Of a DNA stretch of 64,000 bases, positions 9,867 through 19,461 are shown piece after piece (within the stretch, counting starts at the first letter, position 1; each line of letters starts with the position of its first letter). Source of the DNA: a virus. Under the pieces are notes generated by a model that did no database searches, was not told the origin of the DNA, and saw only the letters and a program-made list of their open reading frames with translations. Made by a program: the position numbers and the translations under genes. The DNA is taken from IMG/VR virus record IMGVR_UViG_3300020179_002092, positions 10,496 through 74,495 of that record. One strand, 5' to 3'.

Positions 9867-11155
9867 AAGCTATTATAAGTAATAGAATTTATATGGACAA
9901 TCCAGGTAATGCTGCTACTAAATTTATAGCAAACACGTTAACTTATAAACTAGTAAAAAATACTGGATCTAAAAAATTTAATACAGTAGAAACCATAAAA
10001 AATTATAGATTATTTAATGGCGGCATGATAAGTGTTCCACAGGGTCGCATAGACCTAATACCAGAAGAATATGAAATTATCGATAGACGTGTATACAATA
10101 ATGTTCCTTTTCCTAAACCAAAATTTAACCTAAGACCAGAACAAGAAGAAATCTATAAACAAGCTAATGATACATGTTTTATTAATGCACTAGTAGGTTG
10201 GGGTAAAACATTTACTGCCTTACATATAGCTAGTAAGTGGCAACAAAAAACATTAATTGTAACTCATACTACGGCACTTCGAGATCAGTGGATAGACGAA
10301 ATACAAACCTTATTTGGGGTAGTTCCTGGAATTATTGGTAGTGGAACATTTAATATTGATGATCACTGCATTGTAGTTGGAAATGTGCAAAGTATTGTAA
10401 AATATTTAGAAAAAATAAATAAAGAATTTGGCACTATTATCTTAGATGAAGCACATCATTGTCCAGCAACCACTTTTAGTAAAACTATAGATAGTTTTCA
10501 CAGTAGGTATAGATTGGCACTAAGTGGAACATTGACTAGAAAAGATGGAAAACATGTAGTATTCCAAGATTATTTTGGTAATGTAGTATATAAACCACCA
10601 CAAAGTAATACTATTAATCCACAAGTACATTTAATTAAAAGTAATATAGTATTAAATCCCAAAGCTAGTTGGGTTGAAAAAATAAATGAATTAACACAAA
10701 ATAATGATTACAGAAAATTTATTAGCGTTTTAGCTAAATATCACATTAATAATGGGCATAGTGTACTAATAGTAGCAGATAGGGTAGAATTTCTAGAAAA
10801 GGTAAAGGAATATGTTGGCGAAACATGTTTGTTGGTTACTGGCGACACCTCAGCAGAAGAAAGACAGCTTGCAAAAGAACAAATCCTTAACAAAACAAAA
10901 ATGTGCATTGCTGGCAGCAGACAGATATTTAGTGAAGGAATCTCCATTAATATCTTAAGTTGTGTAATACTAGCAGTGCCAATGAGTAATGATAGCTTAC
11001 TGGAACAAATTGTAGGCAGAATTATGCGAGAATATCCAGATAAATTAAATCCTATAGTAGTAGATGTGCAATTTAGCGGTTGGTTAGATAAAAAACAAAA
11101 TAATGACAGATTAGGGCTATACCTTAAGAAAGGCTGGGAAATCATAACGGTATAG
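9863..11155 (+). CDS. D10: T5 D10-like SF2 helicase
   Basis: GWGKT, ILDEAHH, LSGT, FSEGIS and EQIVGRIMR. GGAG precedes ATG 9863, which overlaps the upstream stop (ATGA). Confidence 0.92.
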   Translation: MKAIISNRIYMDNPGNAATKFIANTLTYKLVKNTGSKKFNTVETIKNYRLFNGGMISVPQGRIDLIPEEYEIIDRRVYNNVPFPKPKFNLRPEQEEIYKQANDTCFINALVGWGKTFTALHIASKWQQKTLIVTHTTALRDQWIDEIQTLFGVVPGIIGSGTFNIDDHCIVVGNVQSIVKYLEKINKEFGTIILDEAHHCPATTFSKTIDSFHSRYRLALSGTLTRKDGKHVVFQDYFGNVVYKPPQSNTINPQVHLIKSNIVLNPKASWVEKINELTQNNDYRKFISVLAKYHINNGHSVLIVADRVEFLEKVKEYVGETCLLVTGDTSAEERQLAKEQILNKTKMCIAGSRQIFSEGISINILSCVILAVPMSNDSLLEQIVGRIMREYPDKLNPIVVDVQFSGWLDKKQNNDRLGLYLKKGWEIITV

Positions 11156-11165
11156 AATTTTTAAC

Positions 11166-11194
11166 TTGTAGTATTTAATTTGCTGTGTTATAAT
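11166..11194 (+). promoter_or_regulatory. Sigma70-like promoter with extended -10
   Basis: TTGTAG, 17 bp, TATAAT (11189-11194) preceded by TGTGT. Confidence 0.75.
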
Positions 11195-11199
11195 ATATA

Positions 11200-11556
11200 A
11201 TGGTCGAAAGAAAAGTATATAGATTTGATTTACAAAAAGCTAAAATTTTAAGTAAACATAATCCAATAAAAATGTTAAATATATTATATAAACACTACAA
11301 AAGAAATGACATTAAATTAAATGGATTAAGTTTTTTAAAAAATGCTAAAGATTTTTTCCTAGACAAAAATGTAGATATATTATATAGAGCGCAATATATA
11401 GACTTAGCAGGACGTAGAAGTTATCAACAATACAAAGACTTAAATTACACATATTTAGACTTAACTTACTATCCTGATATAAATATAAATGCAATAACCT
11501 ACAATACATTATTAATAATCAAAAACAACAAAATTTATTTTAAATACGAGGAATAA
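11200..11556 (+). CDS. Conserved T5-like hypothetical protein
   Basis: Between D10 and D11; contains YIDLAGRRSY and ends IYFKYEE. Confidence 0.7.
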   Translation: MVERKVYRFDLQKAKILSKHNPIKMLNILYKHYKRNDIKLNGLSFLKNAKDFFLDKNVDILYRAQYIDLAGRRSYQQYKDLNYTYLDLTYYPDININAITYNTLLIIKNNKIYFKYEE

Positions 11557-12195
11557 ATGGCACTAACTTTTAAACAAACAAAAGGTAAAGCAGTAACAAA
11601 TAAAGTAGAAACTTATGAATATAAAGATGGTGAAAATACAGTACGATTAGTTGGTGGTATTCTTCCTCGATATATTTATTGGATTAAAGGTACAAACAAC
11701 AAAGATATTCCTATTGAATGTCTAGCCTTTAGCCGTGATAAAGAAAAATTTGACAATTTAGAAAAAGATCCTGTACCTGAGTATTATCCTGATCTAAAAT
11801 GCAGTTGGAGTTATTCTATTAATTGTATAGATCCGAAAGACGGAAAAGTTAAAGCACTTAACCTTAAAAAGAAATTGTTTGAGCAGATTCTTACTGCTGC
11901 AGAAGATTTAGGTGATCCTACTGACTATGATACAGGCTGGGATGTAGTATTTAAACGTGTTAAAACTGGTCCACTTACTTTTAATGTCGAATATACACTA
12001 CAAGTATTACGTTGCAAGCCTCGCGCTCTTACACCGGCAGAAAGAGCTGCTGCAGATAGTGCACAGAGTATTGATGAAAAATTTCCAAGACCTACACCAG
12101 AAGAAATAAAAGCTTTGCTAGAAAAATTAAGTAATCAACAAGACGAAGAAGAAACTACAGATAACGAACAAGAAGCAATTAAAGAATTAGGTTAA
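11557..12195 (+). CDS. D11: T5 D11-like ssDNA-binding protein
   Basis: VRLVGGILPRYIYW, LKKKLFEQI, GDPTDYDTGWD and an acidic C-terminal tail; GAGG RBS. Confidence 0.88.
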   Translation: MALTFKQTKGKAVTNKVETYEYKDGENTVRLVGGILPRYIYWIKGTNNKDIPIECLAFSRDKEKFDNLEKDPVPEYYPDLKCSWSYSINCIDPKDGKVKALNLKKKLFEQILTAAEDLGDPTDYDTGWDVVFKRVKTGPLTFNVEYTLQVLRCKPRALTPAERAAADSAQSIDEKFPRPTPEEIKALLEKLSNQQDEEETTDNEQEAIKELG

Positions 12196-12200
12196 TAATA

Positions 12201-12236
12201 AGCCCAGTAACCTAAATTACTGGGCTATTTATTTTT
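12201..12236 (+). terminator. Rho-independent terminator after D11
   Basis: AGCCCAGTAA-cctaaa-TTACTGGGCT followed by ATTTATTTTT. Confidence 0.8.
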
Positions 12237-12250
12237 AGGAAATGTTAAGT

Positions 12251-13210
12251 ATGCAAGTATTATTTACAGCAGATATTCATATAAAATTAGGTCAAAAAAA
12301 TGTTCCTGTAGAGTGGGCTAAAAATAGATATGAATTACTGTGGCAACAATTAACACTACAACAAAAAAAAGCAGATGTATTTATTATAGGCGGAGATATT
12401 TTTGATAAACTGCCTAGCATGGAAGAATTAGAAATTTATTTTGATATGATTAGTAATTGCAAGATAAATACATTAATTTATAGTGGTAATCATGAGGCAG
12501 TTAAAAAGTCTACAACTTTTCTAACCAATTTAGCTCGTGTAACCAACTTAATGAATAGAAAAGTAATAATTATAGACGATTACTATAGCGACTATGGAAT
12601 AGAATTTGTTCCTTACAATAAATTAAAAGATTTTGAACAAGCTAATCCATGGCCAGAAGGTGGTAATATATTATGTACTCACGTACGTGGTAGTATACCT
12701 CCACATGTAACACCAGAAGTAAATTTAAATATATTTAAGCTTTGGAAGATTGTGCTAGCCGGTGATCTACATAGCTATGAAAATTCTCAGGCAAATATTT
12801 TATATCCAGGTAGTCCAATTACTACTAGTTTTCACAGACAACCTGTAGACACAGGAGTTATTTTGCTAGATACTGAAACACTAGAGCACAAGTGGATAAA
12901 ACTAGAACTACCGCAATTGATAAGAAAAACTGTTGGAGCAAATGACCCTAAACCGCCAACTGAGTATCATCATACAATTTATCAAGTTGAAGGTGATATG
13001 CAAGAATTAGGACAGCTAGAAGATAGTGATTTAATTGATCGCAAGATAATCAAACGTACAACTGATGTGCAATTAATGCTAGAAAACGATATGAGTTTGA
13101 TTGAAGAAGTAAGAGAATATTTAAGATATATACTTGAATTACCTGAAGAAACTATTGAACGCGCAGCACTAGAAGTTCAAAGTCAACTTGATAAGATTGA
13201 AAATGAGTGA
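12251..13210 (+). CDS. D12: T5 D12-like SbcD/Mre11 nuclease
   Basis: Metallophosphoesterase motifs ADIH, GGDIFD, GNHE, GDLH and YPGS. Alternative start at 12242. Confidence 0.9.
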   Translation: MQVLFTADIHIKLGQKNVPVEWAKNRYELLWQQLTLQQKKADVFIIGGDIFDKLPSMEELEIYFDMISNCKINTLIYSGNHEAVKKSTTFLTNLARVTNLMNRKVIIIDDYYSDYGIEFVPYNKLKDFEQANPWPEGGNILCTHVRGSIPPHVTPEVNLNIFKLWKIVLAGDLHSYENSQANILYPGSPITTSFHRQPVDTGVILLDTETLEHKWIKLELPQLIRKTVGANDPKPPTEYHHTIYQVEGDMQELGQLEDSDLIDRKIIKRTTDVQLMLENDMSLIEEVREYLRYILELPEETIERAALEVQSQLDKIENE

Positions 13211-13218
13211 GTTAAAAG

Positions 13219-15021
13219 ATGATAACAATTAAGGAATTACGTTGGAGTAATTGTTTTAGCTATAGTTCAAATAATGTTATCAACTTTGTAAAAGCACCGT
13301 TAACACAACTAGTTGGTAAAAACGGACACGGTAAAAGTAGTATTGCATTAATATTAGAAGAAGTATTATTTAATAAAAACAGTAAGTCTATTAAAAAGTC
13401 TGATATTTTAAACAGATATATAAAAGACAAAAATTATATTATTGAATTAGATCTTGAACGTGATGGTAATGATTATACTATAAAATGTACTCGTGGCACG
13501 CAACAAACTGTTAAATTGCTAAAAAATGGCCAAGATATTAGTGCACACACTGCTACACAAACTTATAAAATTATAGAGGATATTATAGGTATTGATCATA
13601 AAAGTTTTTCGCAAATTGTTTATCAGTCAAATGCTAGTAGCCTTGAGTTCTTAACTAGTGCAGATACAGCACGAAAAAAGTTTTTAATAGAAATTTTAAA
13701 TTTAACTAAGTACACTCGTGCAAGTGAAATATTTAAAGAAATTAGTTTAGAGTTAGGTAAAGAAATAGCACAATGTCAAGCCAAAATTACTACTATTAAT
13801 AATTGGCTAAACAAGTATGAAAAAAGTGATCTAATTGTTAAAAATTTTTATATAGTAGAAACTTTGGATAATAATTTATCTAAGCAGGTAACAGAATTAG
13901 AATTAGACTTAGCGAATTTAGAAAAGATTAATCGTAAAATAATTAATAATAATGTTTATAAACAACAGTTAAATAATATAGATTTAAATTTATCTAACTC
14001 TACTAGTGTAGATATTGACGATATTAAAAAATTTCAGCAAAAACAAGCTGAGTATATGAAAACTGTTCGAGATGGTGAAACATTTATAAAAAAATTAAAT
14101 AACTTACATGGTGTCTGCCCAACTTGTTTTAGTAAAATTGACAGTGTAAAAACTACTGATTTAATTAATGAACGAAATGAGGAGATAAAAAGTGCTAAAT
14201 CGGCACTAACATCAACTACGACAATTATTAGTAGTTTAGAAGAGCAATATAAATTATATCAACATAATTTACAGCAACAACAAGAATGGGAAAAACTTCA
14301 TCTATTAATTGATAATTCGCTGCCAGAAAAAACATTAATAAAAAATGAACTACAAATTAAATATGATAGCTTAGCTAAAAATTTAAGAGACACTCAGCAA
14401 CGAATAAAATTGGCAGAAGAAAATAATTTAAAGATACAACAGCATAATAGTCGTGTAGAAACTATTAAGCAACAATTGCAAGAGATGAGTGAAGAGTTAG
14501 AAGAGCATAGTTTTCAACTAAGTTTAATGAACGAGCGCATGAGTATACTACAAGTACTTACAAAAACTTTTAGTACTACAGGCCTTGTAGCTTATAAGAT
14601 AGAATGTTTAGTAAAAGACTTAGAAGATATTACTAATAAGTACTTAGTCGACTTAAGTGATGGTAGATTTCAAATTACTTTTAAAGTAAATAGCAGTGAT
14701 AAACTAAATGTTATTATTACTGATAATGGCAAAGATATTGATATTAACGCATTAAGTGGCGGAGAACGCGCTCGTGTAAATGTTGCAACACTACTTGCAA
14801 TTAGAAAGTTAATGCAAACACTTAGCAGCAGTCGTATTAATTTGCTAATATTAGATGAAACAGTAGAAGCTCTAGATACAGATGGTAAAGAAAAATTAAT
14901 AGAAGTGCTATTGAGTGAAGAACATTTAAACACTTTTTTAGTAAGTCACGGTTTTAGCCATCCACTATTAGAAAAAATTAGCATTATAAAGCGTAATAAT
15001 ATATCTCGTATTGAGGGGTAG
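13219..15021 (+). CDS. D13: T5 D13-like SbcC/Rad50 ATPase
   Basis: Walker A GKNGHGKSS, coiled coil with CPTC zinc hook, LSGGE signature and LILDE. Confidence 0.92.
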   Translation: MITIKELRWSNCFSYSSNNVINFVKAPLTQLVGKNGHGKSSIALILEEVLFNKNSKSIKKSDILNRYIKDKNYIIELDLERDGNDYTIKCTRGTQQTVKLLKNGQDISAHTATQTYKIIEDIIGIDHKSFSQIVYQSNASSLEFLTSADTARKKFLIEILNLTKYTRASEIFKEISLELGKEIAQCQAKITTINNWLNKYEKSDLIVKNFYIVETLDNNLSKQVTELELDLANLEKINRKIINNNVYKQQLNNIDLNLSNSTSVDIDDIKKFQQKQAEYMKTVRDGETFIKKLNNLHGVCPTCFSKIDSVKTTDLINERNEEIKSAKSALTSTTTIISSLEEQYKLYQHNLQQQQEWEKLHLLIDNSLPEKTLIKNELQIKYDSLAKNLRDTQQRIKLAEENNLKIQQHNSRVETIKQQLQEMSEELEEHSFQLSLMNERMSILQVLTKTFSTTGLVAYKIECLVKDLEDITNKYLVDLSDGRFQITFKVNSSDKLNVIITDNGKDIDINALSGGERARVNVATLLAIRKLMQTLSSSRINLLILDETVEALDTDGKEKLIEVLLSEEHLNTFLVSHGFSHPLLEKISIIKRNNISRIEG

Positions 15022-15022
15022 T

Positions 15023-15205
15023 ATGAGTAAAAAGCATCTTGAAAAGATTATGAGTAGACGTCCAAAACGAATAGAAAAAGCCACTAAATTAATAGAAGAA
15101 ATGGCACTATTAGATCAAAAATTACCTCTATATATGGACGCTAGGGGTAATATTGACTGGGATAAGCTAGCTAAACATGTACATGAGGCTATTAGTGGTA
15201 CATAG
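15023..15205 (+). CDS. Hypothetical protein
   Basis: GAGG RBS before ATG 15023; 60 aa. Confidence 0.6.
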   Translation: MSKKHLEKIMSRRPKRIEKATKLIEEMALLDQKLPLYMDARGNIDWDKLAKHVHEAISGT

Positions 15206-15226
15206 TCGCCAAAAAAGAGCAGACTC

Positions 15227-15652
15227 ATGTTTAAGATCTTAAACAGTCAAGCAGATCAAATTGGTAATATTTTAGTCACGGTGTTTCACAAACTGGCTCT
15301 GTTTGGCATTGGTGCTGCAACAATATGGGCTGCTGGTTATACTTTCTGGGAACTATTTGCCAAGCCTCATGCTACCATCAGCGATCTCTTGTTGCTGTTT
15401 ATCTATCTGGAAATTGGCGCTATGGTGGGTATTTATTTCAACACAAATCACATGCCGGTGCGTTTTCTGTTGTATATTGCAATCACTGCATTGACCAGAC
15501 ACTTGGTAGAGATGATGAGTCACTCACCGGTTAATGTGTGGCACATGGTGGCCACAGCAGGCTGTGTGTTTGTTGTGGCTATAAGCGTAGTTGTAATTAG
15601 ATTCGGCAGTTGGCGATTTACGTCTAGAAACGATAGTGATGATACAGTATAA
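15227..15652 (+). CDS. psiE: Phosphate-starvation-inducible PsiE family membrane protein
   Basis: DLLLLFIYLEIGAMVGIYF..HMPVRFLLYIAITALTR with four hydrophobic segments. Confidence 0.85.
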   Translation: MFKILNSQADQIGNILVTVFHKLALFGIGAATIWAAGYTFWELFAKPHATISDLLLLFIYLEIGAMVGIYFNTNHMPVRFLLYIAITALTRHLVEMMSHSPVNVWHMVATAGCVFVVAISVVVIRFGSWRFTSRNDSDDTV

Positions 15653-15790
15653 ACTTTTTTAATTGTGAATATCACATTATTAACATATTAGAATTAAGAA
15701 ATGAAGATTAAAAACTATCTATAACTAAATATTAGATAGAATCCTTATCAACAAACTTAAAAAATATATAGGTGTAAATAGGCATATCTC

Positions 15791-16978
15791 ATGAAAATTG
15801 CTATTATTGGAGCAGGTATAGTAGGAATTACTTCTGCTTACTATCTGGCAAAAGCTGGTTATAAAGTTACTCTTTTTGACAGCGAATCAGGTCCTGCTCA
15901 ACAGAGTAGCTATGCAAATGGGGCACAAATCAGTGTTAGCAATAGTGAAGTCTGGAATACTTGGCATAATATATACAAGGGTATAAAATGGTTAGCTAAA
16001 AAAGATGCACCTCTCTTGATCCGACCCAGTTTGGATTGGGATAAGACACTTTGGCTTCTTAAATTCTTATACTATACAGCTACTAATATCTATGAAAAAA
16101 ATACTATTGCTACTATAAAACTGGGATTGCAGGCCCGTAAACTTTATGAAAAAATTATTGTAGAAGAACAGTTAAAATTTGATCAACGATATGAAGGCAT
16201 ACTGCACATTTATAGAAACAAAAATTGGTTTAAACAAGCTAAACAAAGACAAGAGTTATATGTCTGGAACGATTGTGACCATGCGATCTTGACAAATAAA
16301 GACGATATACTTAAAATAGAACCTAATCTGTTTAAAATTCAAGATATAGTTGGTGCTACTTATACAAAATCTGATTGGACCGGAGATATCTATCAATTCT
16401 GTAATCATTTATTTAATGTATTAACAACAAAATATTCTATTGAATATGAATTCAATAGGAAAATAAGATTTATGTATGAGTTAAGTACCTATGATAAAAT
16501 AGTTGTGGCCAACGGATCTCAAGCTAGACATTTGAGTAGACAAATTGGTGATTGTCATCCCGTATATCCTGTAAAAGGATACAGTATCACTGTTCCTGCA
16601 CAAGACATAAAAAACTATGATGCTATGCCCACAGTAAGTATTTTAGATGATGAAAATAAAATAGTATGCAGTAAACTTGGTGCTAGATTAAGAGTTGCAG
16701 GAACTGCAGAAATTACTGGTGATGATACAACGATAAGATCAGAAAGAATAGAACCTCTTGTAAGATGGGTAAATAAAAATTTTCCTGATATTAATACTGA
16801 ACGATATGATAGTTGGGCTTGTTTAAGACCTATGACTCCAAATATGTTGCCAATAGTTAAACAAAGTAAATACAATGCTAAAGTATTTTATAATATTGGT
16901 CATGGGCATTTAGGCTGGACATTGAGTACAGCAACAGCAAAAAATTTAACTGAGTTAATGAATAATATTAAAAATTAA
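15791..16978 (+). CDS. dadA: D-amino acid dehydrogenase (FAD-dependent, DadA-like)
   Basis: IGAGIVG FAD motif, SYANGAQIS, YPVKGYSIT, LRVAGTAE, WACLRPMTP and GHGHLGWT. Confidence 0.88.
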   Translation: MKIAIIGAGIVGITSAYYLAKAGYKVTLFDSESGPAQQSSYANGAQISVSNSEVWNTWHNIYKGIKWLAKKDAPLLIRPSLDWDKTLWLLKFLYYTATNIYEKNTIATIKLGLQARKLYEKIIVEEQLKFDQRYEGILHIYRNKNWFKQAKQRQELYVWNDCDHAILTNKDDILKIEPNLFKIQDIVGATYTKSDWTGDIYQFCNHLFNVLTTKYSIEYEFNRKIRFMYELSTYDKIVVANGSQARHLSRQIGDCHPVYPVKGYSITVPAQDIKNYDAMPTVSILDDENKIVCSKLGARLRVAGTAEITGDDTTIRSERIEPLVRWVNKNFPDINTERYDSWACLRPMTPNMLPIVKQSKYNAKVFYNIGHGHLGWTLSTATAKNLTELMNNIKN

Positions 16979-16992
16979 GGAAAGAAATTTTA

Positions 16993-17073
16993 ATGAACAT
17001 CAAAGATGTAATCATGTTAGTTGTAATTTGTTCTATTATGTCTGTGACCTTGCTTTATGGAGGCATGCCATAA
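16993..17073 (+). CDS. Small hydrophobic peptide (26 aa, MNIKDVIMLVVICSIMSVTLLYGGMP)
   Basis: Below the ORF-track cutoff. AAGGA upstream; stop overlaps the next ATG (TAATG). Confidence 0.55.
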   Translation: MNIKDVIMLVVICSIMSVTLLYGGMP

Positions 17074-17147
17074 TGGCTAAAAATATCTGTATTTTATTTT
17101 ACGTTTCAACAATGATAACAATCTTTTTAATCTTGGTGGGTATTTAA
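17073..17147 (+). CDS. Small hydrophobic peptide (24 aa, MAKNICILFYVSTMITIFLILVGI)
   Basis: GGAGG at 17059-17063; coupled to the previous stop; next gene starts 1 nt after its stop. Confidence 0.55.
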   Translation: MAKNICILFYVSTMITIFLILVGI

Positions 17148-17148
17148 T

Positions 17149-17514
17149 ATGTTTGGCTTTATAAAATTTTTAATGCTTTTGATAAAAACTTTTTATCATC
17201 TATTGGATCCTAACAAGAATGGTATGAAAGCTGCTCCGGTCAGTGTAAAATACATTGCCAGTATTTTATTGGCCTGTTTTTGGGCACTGGCATTTACTCT
17301 ATATGTGGGAGAAATTTGGCTGCTGGGTTATAACCTATTTGGGCACATGGCTATTGTGACCATGGCGTTTGTGACCTGGATTGTGATCAAGACCATTCAA
17401 AAACAATATCCAGATCGTCCACTAATAGAACACTTGAGACAACCGGATCGTAGTCAGCGTGATTATGAAATGACAGATCAAGAGCGTGTTAAGAAAGCAG
17501 GTGGTGTAGTATGA
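17149..17514 (+). CDS. Hypothetical membrane protein
   Basis: Two hydrophobic segments; ATGA overlap with the next gene. Confidence 0.7.
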   Translation: MFGFIKFLMLLIKTFYHLLDPNKNGMKAAPVSVKYIASILLACFWALAFTLYVGEIWLLGYNLFGHMAIVTMAFVTWIVIKTIQKQYPDRPLIEHLRQPDRSQRDYEMTDQERVKKAGGVV

Positions 17515-17765
17515 AATTGTTCAGACCCAAACATCAAACAGGATATGTTTCTGAAATCACAGAATTTATTAACGAATTGAAACAAAAAGATCCTGAACTT
17601 GAAGCCAAACAATTGTATGGACGAAATTTGCTCTGGAACCGTCCTCAGGATTTAAATACCAATGAAGAATTAAATGCAGGGCGTGAAGCACAGAGTTCAT
17701 ATGTATATTATTCAATACCGGATGTTAAAAAACCACTCTACAATGTTGACGTAGATAAAAGATAA
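17511..17765 (+). CDS. DUF3460-like protein
   Basis: YVSEITEFINELKQKDPELEAKQLYGRNLLWNR...QSSYVY resembles DUF3460 of Burkholderiales (recognised from memory). Confidence 0.7.
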   Translation: MKLFRPKHQTGYVSEITEFINELKQKDPELEAKQLYGRNLLWNRPQDLNTNEELNAGREAQSSYVYYSIPDVKKPLYNVDVDKR

Positions 17766-17772
17766 TTCAAAT

Positions 17773-18063
17773 ATGATATATTTTTGTTGCTCTCTACAAA
17801 ACCCTTGGCATAAGAGGTGGGTAGGACACATCCGAACTTGGTCTGGTGCAGTGAGAGGAACCAAGCATAAATTTTGGGAAATACAATTTGGACGTTTTAA
17901 TTATTTTTTAAGAACGGAACTCAACATGACCACAAAAGAAGATCATGCTGGTGTAGAATTTGAAGTTGGGTTTTTGAGCTATTTTCTAAATTTTCATGTC
18001 TATGATCACAGACACTGGAATGACTTTGACAACTGTTTTCATGATGTAAATCATCGTGTCTAA
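17773..18063 (+). CDS. Hypothetical phage protein
   Basis: 96-aa aromatic-rich ORF (KFWEIQF, DHAG, YDHRHWN) packed in the operon. Confidence 0.65.
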   Translation: MIYFCCSLQNPWHKRWVGHIRTWSGAVRGTKHKFWEIQFGRFNYFLRTELNMTTKEDHAGVEFEVGFLSYFLNFHVYDHRHWNDFDNCFHDVNHRV

Positions 18064-18103
18064 AATTATAGTAGGGTAATTTTATGAAAAAAAATTGTGA
18101 TTA

Positions 18104-18574
18104 ATGAATGTTATGATAGATAGTCGTCAAAAAGGCGCGCGTACAGAAACACTAGCACGCGATGTTTTACGTAAACATACTGGTTTAAATTGGGAACGAG
18201 TGCCTGGAAGTGGAGCACTTGATCCTAAACATCAACTCAAAGGTGATCTTTACGTGCCTGGTAGTAATAACAAGTTTTGTATAGAGGTAAAAGGTTATGC
18301 AGAGGATCATATTAACAGTGGACTACTAACGCATAAAACTCCGCAGCTAATAGAATGGTGGCAACAGACTGATCGACAAGCACGTCAAGTAGGTAAACTA
18401 CCACTACTTATATTCAAATATGATCGAAGTAAACTATTTGTAGCTACAGTAGAATACAACCTTGACATGTTAGATAATCGTTGGATCTTATACAGCAATG
18501 GTGAAGATTACGAGTTTTATATTCTATTATTAGAAGATTGGCTTAGTGGATCCACAGTTAAATTTATATCTTGA
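18104..18574 (+). CDS. D14: T5 D14-like Holliday junction resolvase (PD-(D/E)XK)
   Basis: SRQKGARTE, WERVPGSGA, GDLY, IEVK, WWQQ and LIFKYDRS. Confidence 0.88.
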   Translation: MNVMIDSRQKGARTETLARDVLRKHTGLNWERVPGSGALDPKHQLKGDLYVPGSNNKFCIEVKGYAEDHINSGLLTHKTPQLIEWWQQTDRQARQVGKLPLLIFKYDRSKLFVATVEYNLDMLDNRWILYSNGEDYEFYILLLEDWLSGSTVKFIS

Positions 18575-18599
18575 TTTTATGTTTCAACTGTGTTATAAT
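18571..18599 (+). promoter_or_regulatory. Sigma70-like promoter for D15-dut-nrdJ
   Basis: TTGATT, 17 bp, TATAAT (18594-18599) preceded by TGTGT, the same design as the 11166 promoter. Confidence 0.75.
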
Positions 18600-18624
18600 A
18601 ATAGATTAAACCTTAAAAAACGAT

Positions 18625-19461
18625 ATGAAACCTTTTACACAATTTGAAACAACTGAAAAAGTATTAATGATAGTTGATGCACTTAATCTTGCTTTTCGCT
18701 ATAAACATAGTGGGACTAGAAATTTTGCAGAAGATTATATACGAACAATTGAAAGTCTAAAAAAGAGCTATAAAGCTCAGTGGGTTATCATTGCTGCAGA
18801 TCAAGGATCTAGCAGTTATAGAAAAAATATTTATCCATTTTACAAACAAAATCGCAAGGATAAGTATGATCAGCAAACTGATGAAGAGCGTCTAGAATTT
18901 GAATTATTTTTTGAAGATTTTACTCAAACCTTAGAACTACTTGCTGAACGTTATCCAGTACTACGTTTTCAAGGCGTTGAGGCTGATGATATTGCAGCAT
19001 ACGTTGTTAGCAAAAAACGACAGTTAAAAGTCAATGAAATATGGTTGATAAGCAGTGATAAAGACTGGGATCTACTAGTTAAACCAGAAGTAAGCAGATT
19101 TAGTTATGTTACTAGAAAAGAAGTTACTTGGGAAAATTGGAATGATTATTACTCCTTTGAACCTGAACAATATATTTCGATTAAGTGTCTTATGGGTGAT
19201 AGTGGTGATAATATTCCTGGTGTTCCTGGTGTAGGACCTAAACGCGCTCAACAACTTGTTGAAGAGTATGGTACTGCCTGGGATATTATTAACAGTATTC
19301 CCATACAAGGTCGTTATAAATATATTCAAGCAATTAATGACTGTAAAGAACAATTAGAACTTAATTATCAATTAATGGATCTTGTTACTTATTGTAGGGA
19401 TGCTATTAACCCAGAAAATTGTAGTGAAATTAATCAAATATTAGAGTTAACCATTAAATGA
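18625..19461 (+). CDS. D15: T5 D15-like 5'-3' exonuclease / flap endonuclease
   Basis: IVDALNLAFR, YKQNR, GVEADD, SSDKDW and GDSGDNIPGVPGVGPKRA. Confidence 0.94.
   Translation: MKPFTQFETTEKVLMIVDALNLAFRYKHSGTRNFAEDYIRTIESLKKSYKAQWVIIAADQGSSSYRKNIYPFYKQNRKDKYDQQTDEERLEFELFFEDFTQTLELLAERYPVLRFQGVEADDIAAYVVSKKRQLKVNEIWLISSDKDWDLLVKPEVSRFSYVTRKEVTWENWNDYYSFEPEQYISIKCLMGDSGDNIPGVPGVGPKRAQQLVEEYGTAWDIINSIPIQGRYKYIQAINDCKEQLELNYQLMDLVTYCRDAINPENCSEINQILELTIK

Noticed and set aside
15653-15790. tRNA, ncRNA or Pho box in the AT-rich gap between psiE and dadA
   Set aside because: No cloverleaf, stable stem or CTGTCAT-type direct repeats were recognisable.
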